A DNA stretch of 64,000 bases from Amoebidium appalachense (lineage: Eukaryota > Protista > Ichthyosporea), in assembly GCA_963693365.1 (NCBI GenBank), contig CAVNZM010000007.1, positions 11,095,962 to 11,159,961 of the forward strand. Direction: 5' to 3'. Both the position numbers and the translations under genes were made by a program. The notes below the pieces were generated by a model, which searched no databases, was not told the origin of the DNA, and saw only the letters and a program-made list of their open reading frames with translations. Shown piece by piece: positions 1 through 11,218 of the stretch; position 1 is the stretch's first letter, and each line of letters opens with the position of its first letter.

Positions 1-261
1 GCAGCAGGCACATGGCATCATGATGTGCATTCTAGGCTTTGATTGGCGGGTGGGTGGGTTATGGCAGTGGGACGGCCTGAGATCTATCAGCACGTGAACA
101 AAATAAATCCATGGGGTTGCCGTGGACTGTTGGTGGTGGCCTGCACACAGACATACTGTGTGTTGTGCCTCCACACACGTATCATACATGCCACTGCTAG
201 TGCCACCCAGCCAGTAGCCAGCATGGGGATGGGCATGCTGCATGCTGATTGGTTGCTGCAG

Positions 262-1280
262 AGCTGCAGGTGTACCGCACAGATAGGGTGCAGCCTGGTG
301 CAGCCGACATGGCCGACATAGTGGAGTGTGCGGGGGGCAGCATGGCCCTGGTGGCCCCCACAGCATACAGCCCCAGCCTGCTGGTCATCTCATGCAGTGA
401 GGTAGGCCATGGGCCATGGGCCTGGTTGTGCCATGGGTTGGGGCTGACTGGGGGGTTGCAGGATGCAGGGCTGTGGGCGGGGCTGACGTCGCTGGGGTAT
501 GTGGTGCACAGCAGTGAACTGCTGCTGGCTGGGGTGCTGAGGCAGGAGCTGGACCTGGACGGTAGGGGGTGCATGCACTGCTACGGTGCATGCATATAGT
601 GCCTGCATGCATGCCCACCACCAACACTGGCGCAGCCAAGCACATGGGTGGCCCCGTGCACACACGCACACCTAGGCACGAGGATACCCCGCACCTATAT
701 AGGGACCTGGGGGACTCCATGCATACATGCACATTTGGACGCACGTGTAGCCCTAGGCACGCACACTTGAGCATCTGTATGACCCCGTGCATTCTCCCAC
801 ACCGGCACCCACCTGGTATTAGGCCCATGTGCCTGCTGACCCATCCCCCTAGGCCCATGTGTGACAGCATGCATCCTCCCACTTTGGCATCATGTGTTCC
901 ACTCAGACCCATCCCCCTAGGCCCATGTGTGACAGCATGCATCCTCCCACTTTGGCATCATGTGTTCCACTCAGACCCATCCCCCTAGGCCCATGTGTGA
1001 CAGCATGCATCCTCCCATTTTGGCATCATGTGTTCCACTCAGACCCATCCCCCTAGGCCCATGTGTGACAGCATGCATCCTCCCACTTTTGCATCATTTT
1101 CATCAGACCCATCCCCCTAGGCCCATGTATGGGTTCATGCACCCACCCACCCCCACTGCCCCCACAGATCCGACCTGCATCCTGGCCCGGCCTGAGGGCC
1201 AACCGCCTGCCACCGAGGCCCCAGCCAAGAGCACCCCCCAGGCAACCCCCAGCGGCCGCAGCCGCAGGCGGCAGCGCTAG
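262..1280 (+). CDS. 3' end of an unidentified spliced gene (last two exons; 5' part probably upstream or outside the window)
   Basis: Exon 262-561 follows ctgat-tggttgctgcag and ends at G|gtaggg. Exon 1168-1280 follows cccacag. The phase-1 join G+AT reads ...RQELDLD-D-PTCILARPEG...RSRRRQR-TAG. No domain recognised. Confidence 0.55.
838..1130. repeat. Intronic 68-bp tandem repeat, ~4 copies
   Basis: Unit cagacccatccccctaggcccatgtgtgacagcatgcatcctcccactttggcatcatgtgttccact recurs at 904, 972 and 1040. Confidence 0.9.
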
Positions 1281-1284
1281 GCCT

Positions 1285-1390
1285 ACAGGCACATATAGGC
1301 ACATATAGGCACATATAGGCACATATAGGCACATATAGGTACATACAGGAACAGACGGGCACATATAAGCGCAAACAGGCACACATATGC
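1285..1390. repeat. 10-bp tandem repeat (ataggcacat)n just after the stop codon
   Basis: Directly visible; degenerates towards the 3' end. Confidence 0.85.
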
Positions 1391-1954
1391 ACGAATGCAC
1401 ATGCGAATCCCAAGCACCACCACGTGCTTCCAAAGCCTTCCATGGGCACATGCAGGCCCACCCCACACAGATGCACATGCATAGCATGGCAGAGTGGACC
1501 CACCCACCAGGCACCCACACATGTATGCCCTTGGTGTTTTTTAGGCAAACCCGGCCACCATCTAGAGCCACCATGCCCCTGCATGGGTGTTGGCTGCATT
1601 TTTATTTGTACATAAATTGAAAGGTCGTAGGCACAGGCGGCCAGACGTGCATTGGCCCTGGGGGCATGCAGCAGCCATGTGAGCATTATTGGGGCCAGAG
1701 AACATTAGTTGGCTGACCGACATGCTACGAGCACTCAGGTTGCCGTGAGGGTTGGGGGGCCATAGCAGCCTAATCATGGTGTGCGCCACATGCCACCACC
1801 CCATATCACAACAGATTGATGGTAGCACCCCATATTAGCGCTATTGTTGTATGCTATGGCCACATATGCGCATGCTACCACCCCACGTTTTCTAAGGGCT
1901 ACACTGTAACCACATTTTGTCAACCCATATTATGACATGCCGGACCACATATAG

Positions 1955-1997
<43 letters not shown>

Positions 1998-3028
1998 CCC
2001 CCGGGCCCACCCTCATTTTTTGTCTTTCAAATTTTTTGCCTTTTCAAATCTTTCTCCATGATCAGAGCCATTGCATTTGTGTGCGTGGAGCAGGGTGGTG
2101 GTGGTGCCTACTGTGTGGACACGCTGTGGGCTTGCTCTGATACTGTGCCTGCTATGTGTGCCCATGTGCGGTTCAGCGCTCCAAGATGAGGCTTCAGCCC
2201 AGAGTGCTTCATGGTGTAAACTTTAGGCAGAAGTTTTCTCCTCACTTTCAGCAAAAGGTATATGAAGTTCTCGGTGGAGTCTCTCCCCCTCCCCCCCCTC
2301 CCCTTCCCTCCCTCCCTCCCCTCCTCTTTCTTCTTTTTCTAATTAAAAGATACACATGCATTTTTCCTTTTTGACGTTCAAAAATTGTTTTTGCAGAGCC
2401 ACCCGTGTGTTTCGTGGCCCCCGGAATAGGGGGGAGGGAGGGGGGGGGGGGGGGGGCGGCAGGGGAGAGGGAAGGAAGGGAGCAAGGGGGAGAGAGAGGG
2501 GGGGGGAGGCAAGGGGGTACATATATGTACAGGTCTGGCATGGCAGGACCGGTGGCTGCCTGAAACCACACACATGGCCAAAGGCATCCTGGCCGGGCCA
2601 ACATCCACAGGCGGCCTAATAACTGACTGATGCAACACACGGGTGTTTGGACAAATCAGCACAGCCCATTCACAGGCCACCAGGTGCAGCCTCTTGCTGG
2701 GCACCGCACTTGCGTGCCGCCACAGCCACACTCCCATGCATGACGTCATGCACTGCACTGGTTGGGCTCAGGCCCTTGTTCGGATTGTTCACCAACACCT
2801 CATTTTGACCCCCCCTCCTGGGGCGAGTGATTTTTCCTGGCTGTGGCTGGGGAGGCTGGGGGGGGGGGGGGGGATGGATTTTTTCTGGCTAGCTCTAGAG
2901 GGGAGGGTGGGGAGGGACGGGAGAATTTTTCTGGCTGGCTTCAGAGGTGGGGGGGGGGGGGGGGATCCGGAAGGGAGGGAGGGGAAAATTTTTCTGGCTA
3001 GCTCTAGAGGGGGAGTCAGCACGGAGAA

Positions 3029-3059
<31 letters not shown>

Positions 3060-3521
3060 GGGGGGGGGGGGGGGGGGGGGGCGGCGCCATATTCTCCTCT
3101 ATTAAAATGATTCGCTCTATTAAAATGATTCTCCAATTTGTGTGGCCACCATCTGCCCTACGTCATTGTGTGTTAGCAGCCACTGTGCCCGGTCAGGTGG
3201 CCCAGCCACAACATGGTGTGTGATGGGTGACGCACTTGGCTCCTTATTTAATTTGAGCCTTTATGTTGAGGTAACTGTTAGCTCCGCTGCCTTGTGGTTG
3301 ATACCGGCCCAAAGAGACCTATTTACATAAAGCTAGGGGGGCTTGCTCTCTTTTAATCTAAGGGGCTCCGGCTACGAAGTGGCGTTTCATGTGACCGGGG
3401 TACGTTCAGCATGATATTACACCACAATAGTTTGATTAAGGCTTTGTTGAATTCGATATTTATAGACGGGGTTGGTTCTTTTTTTCTTTTCCCTATTTTT
3501 TTTGGGAAGGTGTGTGTGTGT

Positions 3522-3598
<77 letters not shown>

Positions 3599-3646
3599 TG
3601 TAGGTGGGACCTCGATAACTACATCCCCCCCCCCCCCTCCCCTCCC

Positions 3647-3692
<46 letters not shown>

Positions 3693-4209
3693 ACACACAC
3701 ACCCCGCGGGCACCCTGGGAGTTCGACAGCTCCCGCCATGTTGCGCACCTTTCCCTCGGAGGTCACCCCCCCCCTCCCCCCCAACTACCACCACTTCCAC
3801 CAACAGTTACTAATATAATTCTCTTTGTTTTGACCAGCGCCTCACATTTTGATTAATTAGCCCAAAGCTATCACTGTCATGCACAACATGTGTGTATGCA
3901 GTGTGCGTCTGCGACTTGTGTGCCATGTACATGTGGGTGTACATATGCCAGTAAGGGGTGTGTTGAATTTGACTGCTTGTGTGTGCGTGTGTGCGCAAGA
4001 TACATTTGGCACTGCTATTCATAGCAATCATCTAGTGACGAGTGTGTGTAAACGTCGTGTCCCATATGCAAGTTGTGTGAATGGATGCAACAATGCGTGC
4101 GAATACATGACATGACCGTGTGTGCCAGAGAAGAGGGTGTGTGCAAAAGTGTGTGTGTGTGTGTGTGTGTTGTTCACGTGTTTCTGTTTGTGTGTGTGGC
4201 TCTGGCTCC

Positions 4210-4379
4210 TGTCACCTACTGAGGTGACTCGAATTTTTCCTTACACACACAGCGAACACTGGACTCTTGGGACCCTAGAGCCGCTGCGAGAGAAAGCATG
4301 CACGCGGTCGCGAGAGTGTAAGGAAAAATCGAGGCGAACGGCAAGTTCATAGCAGCCCAGGCACCGTCAGTACGTGCCA
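4210..4379 (+). mobile_element. MITE-like non-autonomous element, copy 1 (170 bp, TG...CA ends)
   Basis: Imperfect TIRs: tgtcacctactga-ggtg versus the reverse complement of the right end, tggcacgtactgacggtg. Internal inverted repeat tcgaatttttccttacac...gtgtaaggaaaaatcga. Flanked by the direct repeat gctctggctcc (4199-4209 and 4380-4390). Second copy at 6064-6209. Confidence 0.7.
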
Positions 4380-6063
4380 GCTCTGGCTCCTATTTGCCTA
4401 GCCGCAGCAGCGGCACGTGGCCAGGTGCAGACCTTGCGAAAGAAAGAAGCATGCATACAAGGTTGCTGACTCAGATACACCCCAGCAAGCGCACACAGTG
4501 CACCCTCAGCACCATTCCATGTCTGACATCACCACCACCTTGCTTCTTCCGCAAAGTAGACATGCCCCCTTACATGTGCACGATGCAAGCAGCTTGTTTC
4601 ACTGCCCAATGTGAGAATCGTACCAGGTGAACACATATCCGTGACTTCGTAGTATGCAAACCCCCCCCCCCCCCCCCCCTCCTCCCTCCCTAGCTCTTCT
4701 CCTTGCAAAGGTGAACTTGACACAAAGGCACACAACACCAGTTTCTCTAATGCTTTACAAGCACCGATCCCACTCAAATCGACAACTCCCCCCCCCCCCC
4801 TCTCCCTCCAAACCCAACCCACATCCACACGTACACTGCATGCCACACCAACCCAAGCACCTTCACCAACCCAGACATTTCCTATCCATATTGATCTAAA
4901 TAAAAAGCCGCCTCATCTACCCAGCACCCGTTGCCTTCAGTCTCAGAACACCCCTCCCCTTTCCTCCCTCTGCCCCCCCGGCCCTCGTCTGTCCCCCCCC
5001 CCCCCCCCCCCCTTGCGGCACCCCCGCCCCCATTTTTTTTTAACAAAACAAGAAAAGCCCCCAAAAAACAAACAAGAAAAGCTCCCAAAACACAACAGCA
5101 TAGAAGACATGTAAGTCCAAAGACACACCCACACAAACCACGCAAATACAAAAACACACAACGGCACACGCGTTCAAAGAAAAGCAATCACCCAACCGAA
5201 GTATAATGCCCCCCCCCCCCCCCCCCCCCCCCCGGCCTCACCCCCCCCCCCCCCCCCCCCCCCCGAGCGTTTTTACCCAGAAGCAGTTTGGTGGAAAACC
5301 CCAAGACAGTTACAATCCCACGATCCCACGAACAACGGTGCCGCCAGTGTCCATGCAATTTGGTGGACATGCACATCTAGGTGTGTGGGGTGTGTGTGGT
5401 GTGTCAGAGGTTGTATGTGCATTATAAAAGCAGGACCCTCGGGCGGTGGGTGCAAGCCTTGGGTGGTTAATCGGTGTGCCTGTTTGTTGTATGAACATGT
5501 CGTCTATTGGCATGCATGCATATGTGTACAGCGGTGACCAGGTGCTTGGTGCATGTGCAAGCAAAAGCCTGCGCAGTAGGCTCACACGTCATGAACACGG
5601 GCAAAGTTTCTGTAAGAGGCTGCCCGCAACACCACTAGCCCATGCATAGGTTTCTAGTGAGCCGTAAGGACCTCCACGACGACAGCACCTTATCCATGGC
5701 ACGGCATGTTTACTCTTTTGTTTCCTCATATCGCCTCGACTAGCAGCATTCTAATTGAGCGTCTTCAACCTGGTGCATGCCCGTCAAACCACCCTCTTCC
5801 TCTACATCGGTAATAAAGGCCGCAGTCCAATGCCCGAAAATGTTCTTTGTAAAGAAGTCTTTTTAATTCTCTTGCTTCCCTCACAAACCCACCCAGGCTT
5901 CTTCTATTCTTCGCTATGGGGGGGATGTGGCTAAGGCGTGTACTGTATGTGAGCTGCAATGAGGTACCGGCAGCAAGGCCAACAGTACTTCTGTTCCACC
6001 CAACAAGGCATACATGTAGAAAACGATGTTCAACATAGGCGCGTCACAATCACGGTGGAGATC

Positions 6064-6209
6064 TGGCACGTACTGACGGTGGGGTCTCGATTTTTCCTTA
6101 CACTCTCGCGACCGCGTGCATGCTTTCTCTCGCGGCGGCTCTACGGTCCCAAGAGTCCAGTGTTCGCTGTGTTTGTAAGGAAAAATACGAATCACCTCAG
6201 TAGGTGACA
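6064..6209 (-). mobile_element. MITE-like element, copy 2 (146 bp, inverted relative to copy 1)
   Basis: Reverse complement aligns with 4210-4379 apart from a few substitutions and a ~24-bp internal deletion. Same termini; no TSD visible. Confidence 0.7.
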
Positions 6210-7211
6210 CTGATTGCGTCGTTGTGGCTGGTTGGCTGCACGTCAGGCCAAGGCAACGCCGCAAATAACTGCAAGCTGATTGGCCCACAGATTGAAGCGT
6301 TCGGTGTTTTTGGCGCCATCTTGAAGCAAGCACATTGGGCACAAACTCCCATGGAGGGCAAAGAGGCACGAGAGGGCTCATGAAGAACAATCTGGAATAT
6401 ATCGCTTTTTCACCCAAATTGTGCTTTATCATTAATAATATATAAATATTTTAGCTTTTACATTGCATTTTAACCTTTCTAAGCTCGTGACAGACGTTGT
6501 ATTCAGACAAGAGTTCCAGGAATGTACTGAGCGTTTTGCCCATTTGCTGATCCTGATTATTTTCATTGGTTGTTTGTCTTTGAAACGCATGCCAGAAACC
6601 AACGTGATGTCAAATATGGAACAACTGAAATAGCCGCGAAACAGAGGAGGATACAAGAGCCATGCGTTCAAAGGGCGGATATAATTCTAACCAACGAATT
6701 AAGCATTTTTTCCCCCCCTACACACTGCTACATCTTTTAAATAAAGCAAGCAATTCGACCGTCGGTTATTCCACCCTTGGGTTGCCAAGTTTGGCAAGAA
6801 TGTTTATTGAATCGCACCCCCTCCAGGCACTCATGCGTCCAAAACGGAAACCTGAGCGCCATAGTATCGAACTGAATAAATAAACCTACTTATCTGCAAA
6901 AAAAAAGTTATCAAAAAGTAAATTAATGTTGTGGGTGTCTATATTCAACAAAAAAAAGCCCTTGTAGTCATTTAGTTTCGTTACCAACCAATGCAGATTG
7001 TCAACTCAAACCTGTTTTATTTGCACCCGTTTGAGCAAAGCCTTTTTGTGTGCGTGATATCTGTATAATGAAAAGCTTGTAATGGTTGCCTTGCTAGTGG
7101 CTCACAATAGATCCACGTATCGCTTGGGCTCTAAAGACCAATTCCATTTCACCGCACAAAAGCCCCAGCACCACCTCCTACCGTACGGCGGTCTGGGCCT
7201 ATGGTGACCGC

Positions 7212-7315
7212 TGATTGGGTAGGGCCTGGTCCTCGTGTTTTCTGGCACCTCTTCACGGCTATAAAATCTTAGCCAAACACCCCGCCGCACAGTCCTCTCT
7301 CTCTACTCTCTCATC
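7212..7315 (+). promoter_or_regulatory. Core promoter of the RRM gene: inverted CCAAT, TATA box and pyrimidine-rich leader
   Basis: gattgg at ~7213, tataaaa at 7260-7266, then ctctctctctactctctc immediately before ATG 7316. Confidence 0.6.
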
Positions 7316-8073
7316 ATGTCGAAACTTTTTGTTGGCGGTCTGGCCTGGGCCACGGACGACTCGTCCCTCCGCCAAGCGTTCGAGACCTTCGGCAACATCG
7401 AGGACGCCGTTGTCATCAAGGACCGCGAGACTGGCCGCAGCCGTGGCTTCGGCTTCGTCACGTTCACCAGTGACGGTAAGCTCACCCTCCCTTTTCTTAG
7501 GCAGTCTTTATTGCCTGTGCTTTCTCCTTTGTCAAGTGTTTCTTGCCCGTGCTTTCTCCTTTGTCAAGTGTCTCGTTTCTTCTTGCTCTCTATGGATTTT
7601 CTGCAGCTGGCTTTGTTCGCACTCTTGTTGGCTTCGCCTGTATGGCTTCCTCGTTCGAATAGCTTTCGTCCTTTCTCCACCTGTTGTCTTTTTGTTCTTT
7701 TGGATCCCTCTTTACTGATTTATGATTGGCCCTAACAGACGATGCTGACCGCGCCGTGAGTGAGATGAACGACAAGGACCTTGATGGCCGCCGCATCCGC
7801 GTTGACCGTGCCAGCCAGCGCGATGGCGGCTCCTCCCGCTCGGGCGGGTTCGGTGGCAGCAGCCGGTCTGGCGGCTATGGTGGCTCCCGCGAAGGTGGTT
7901 ATGGCGGCAGCCGCTCGGGCGGCTATGGTGGCTCCCGTGACGGTGGCTCCCGTGACGCTGGTTACAGCAGCGGTGGCCGCAGCGGTGGTTATGGCTCTCG
8001 CGATGGCGGCTACAGCAGCAACCGCAGCGGTGGCTACAGCGACTCTCGCCGTGACGACTACTCTGCCTATTAA
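7316..8073 (+). CDS. Glycine-rich RNA-binding protein (one RRM plus RGG/SR-like tail; CIRBP/RBM3/GRP family)
   Basis: Exons 7316-7475 and 7739-8073, GT-AG intron in phase 1. RNP2 KLFVGGL, RNP1 RGFGFVTF, then [12 protein letters not shown] and GGYGGSR repeats; TAA stop. Confidence 0.95.
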
Positions 8074-8554
8074 GCTTCTTTATTCGCGTAGGGTGAAAAA
8101 TGAGTTCTGTGTTGAGCAGGATACTGTATTGTCTCGTGTTTCTGGTTGCGTGATACGAAGGTTTATTTAGGTGGCTGGCTATTGTGCCGTGCCGCTTTAG
8201 TCCCTTTGCAAAAATAGGAATGGCTCCGTATGGAGCGTGGTTCTCTTTGTCGCGATTAATAGTTTTAAATGTATACGTAAGGTCCCCCATATGCGAAGTG
8301 TTCGAGTTCGAGTCAAGTCCGTTATTGAGTCATCGAAAGTGGTGCGATCTGAGAGTTTTGTAAATAAGGTGCCCGGCCTCCTTTCGTAAGGTCCTGTGTC
8401 CGAAGAGCTCGCGAATAAAGTCTGTCTGACCTGGTGCGCTAAAACAAAAATCACTCTGGTGTTTCAAACGTCCTGATCTGCTTCTGAACGTCTTAACTCA
8501 CATTTTTTTTTGGGATGATGTGCTGACGATTAGGGACTCGGGGTTTGCTTGTTG

Positions 8555-9030
8555 AGGAACTTGGGGCTTGCTTTTCGGACCCAAACTCAAAATTGCCCAG
8601 GGCGAACACACCCTTCTTTCATGGTGCTGCCTGCAGCCGTAACTCGGCCCGCCCTCCTCGTCATTCCCCCCACCACCTCTTGTCCTTCCCCCCCCCTAAC
8701 AAAGCTGGGAAAGGAACCTGGGGCTTGCTTTCCGGGAACAAAACAATATTGCCCAGCTCTTCTTTACGGCCAACACACCCTTCTTTCATGGTGCTGCCTG
8801 CAGCTTTAACTCCCCCCCCCCCCTCTTCCCCCCAAACACACCCACACACACCTCCCCAACCTCCCTCCTTCTTCCCCCCAACCACCCTTATAAATTACTG
8901 TAACCCTGCTCCCTCCAAGCACACACACACACACCTCCCCAACCTCCCCCTTTCTTCCCCCCAACCACCCTTCTATGTTACTATGACCATGCTCAATTAC
9001 TGTGACCCTGCCAAGCACACACAAACAAAC
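8555..9030. repeat. Degenerate local duplications (~160 bp and ~80 bp)
   Basis: ggaac(t/c)tggggcttgcttt and aacacacccttctttcatggtgctgcctgcagc each occur twice, as does aattactgt(a/g)accctg...ccaagcacacac. Confidence 0.75.
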
Positions 9031-9237
9031 ACACACACACACTTCTGGTGCTCCGTAAGCCCGTTATATATGCCGTGAGGTGTTCATTGCACTTTGTTGG
9101 CCGCTCCCTCCGGCCGTTACTCAACGACTCTCAGCTCCAGAAGCATGACACCGCTGGAAGTGTTATAGAGACGTCGACAGTGTCCATGTCAGTAGCCTAC
9201 ACGTGCATGGACCCTGACTTCACCGGGGACCGGCCCT

Positions 9238-9308
9238 TTGAACGTTTTAAATTAGAAACTCTAACATTGATATTTTTTTAGCTAGAGTTTCTAATTTAAA
9301 ACGTTCAA
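9238..9308. other. Perfect 26-bp inverted repeat with 19-nt loop (pre-miRNA-like hairpin or collapsed TIR element)
   Basis: ttgaacgttttaaattagaaactcta (9238-9263) is the exact reverse complement of tagagtttctaatttaaaacgttcaa (9283-9308). Confidence 0.85.
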
Positions 9309-9536
9309 TGTTCTAAACCCTACGGTAAATCAGGCTGATGCTAGCTAATACATTCTTAAACGATTTAAAGTTGATCTGCTGGTGTGTAATCGACGTATAC
9401 GTGGGGATATAGGCTTGTACGAAACTGCATCAATACCTTTTCAATGGATTAGCCTGAGTAGTGTTTTCTTATCATGCCGTGCCACCTAGAAGAGTCAACT
9501 TAGAGTACATGACCCCCCCCCCCCCCCCCCCCCCCC

Positions 9537-9595
<59 letters not shown>

Positions 9596-9636
9596 ACACA
9601 TACACAAACACACACTGAGACCGTGACATCACAGAT

Positions 9637-9732
9637 TTACATGGGATAATTGCAATATTAGTAGCTGTTTTCTTATGATGCGCCTTACATGGGATAATTG
9701 CAATATTAGTAGCTGTTTTCTTATGATGCGCC
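9637..9732. repeat. Exact 48-bp tandem duplication
   Basis: ttacatgggataattgcaatattagtagctgttttcttatgatgcgcc occurs twice. Confidence 0.9.
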
Positions 9733-10689
9733 TTAGGCTGGATGAGTAAAAGTGGAGTACGTACACTGTAACTCTCCCCCCACATTCCCCCCCCTCTCTC
9801 TCACACACAGATATACATCACATGCGCACACGTCAAGGATACACTAAACATGAACGTGCGCTTGAAGATAAAAGTTACAGGCAATGAGTACATCTTTGAT
9901 CTTGTGTGTACATGTTTGTGAGCCATGCTGAAAGGAATTGCCCCGAATATATTCACGCTGTACATCTGTAAAGATTTGTGGTAGAATCTTGATACTGTGT
10001 AGGCTTGTGAACCTCCGTAGTGCTACCCACTTCCCTTCTACAGCACGAACCCAGAGAGAGCGGAACGCCTGTGCACACCAGCGCGCACACGTTTCTGGGC
10101 TCGTATCACCCTTGAGGCCTTCTGTTAAGTTCAGGCTCCTTGGTCGAGAGCCTGGACGAGTCTAATGCACTGTGAATCACTTATTGTTTGTGTGAAGCTA
10201 CAGTTACTGTTACAGTTAAGTCCGATCTTTTGGCAGTTTTGGTAGGCACACCCAACTTACGCCTACAGACAGCTGCCATAACATCAGGCCTGGAAACACA
10301 ACTGCAGCGTTAGCGGACCCTGAGCTTCACTTGCGTAGCATAGTCGTGCCAAAAAGCAGGCCCGGGTACAATTGTCGTCTAGCCTTGCATCCCCTCCCCC
10401 ACCGTGGGTAATATGGCTTGGTATACCGTACCCAGACTGTATACGGGGTTTCGACTGTGCACAATTGCACGTATGCATGAAGGGGCACACAGGCAAAGAT
10501 GTGCCTTTATGTACTGACCCTTTTTTCTACACCAACGCTCACGTTGCCAGACAGAATCGGTGTGCCCCTCTACCTAGCCAAAATTCCGTGCACATGTACA
10601 AGGAATGTTTAATCAGCCCCCTAGCCGAGGGCATCATGTGACGGTGCCGCGGGAGCTGAGTGTAGACTTCTGTTGTGACGTCAGCTGCA

Positions 10690-10800
10690 GGAGGAATTCA
10701 AAAAAAATCAAATCGACCGGGCAAAATAACGCGATAATCTGGTTGGCTGTTGGTTTACTTATTTTGTCTCATTGGTGAAGTTGACATTTGGCGCGCGGAT
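10690..10800 (+). promoter_or_regulatory. Candidate cell-cycle promoter elements upstream of SMC4
   Basis: TTTGGCGCGC (E2F-like) at 10787, inverted CCAAT at 10771, ACGCGA at ~10729, TTCAAA (reverse CHR-like) at ~10697. Confidence 0.35.
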
Positions 10801-11218
10801 ATGCCCCCGCTACCTTCTGGCCGTTGGCAGCAGCACACAAATCCATCATCGGTGGTTACTGTTAGGCAGACACAAGCAACTAAATCACTCGGAACTTGAG
10901 ACACTCTGCGTTTTTTTTTTTAAGGATGCGTAGCAGGTAAAGGTGTTACAAGCACAGTAGGGTAGACGATTTTTTTAAGGCTCTGTGTAAGAAGGTGAAA
11001 GGGCCGGGACGAGAGCACACAGCAGGAGGTGTTTCATTAGCTTCAGCCACTGCAGGCTCGCTGCTTTCACTCCTTTACTAGACCGAACATAGGGCATGAA
11101 CAAGCATAAGAGTGATAAGATAGACTACACCATTTCCACTTGTCCGTTTGCTAAACAGAACACCTAGCACTTTGCTATAGTCTCGCCGCAAACCAAACCA
11201 CAAGCCGAACGTAGCACC

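Noticed and set aside
1950-3780. Very long G/C homopolymers as functional G-quadruplex arrays
   Set aside because: Lengths are unreliable in long-read assemblies and such runs are ubiquitous here, so nothing locus-specific can be claimed.
4210-6209. The two inverted copies as TIRs of one 2-kb transposon
   Set aside because: The outer flanks share no TSD, copy 1 has its own duplication, and the interior has no transposase.
8295-8345. gttcgag motifs as a tRNA T-arm or B-box
   Set aside because: No cloverleaf or acceptor stem could be built around them.
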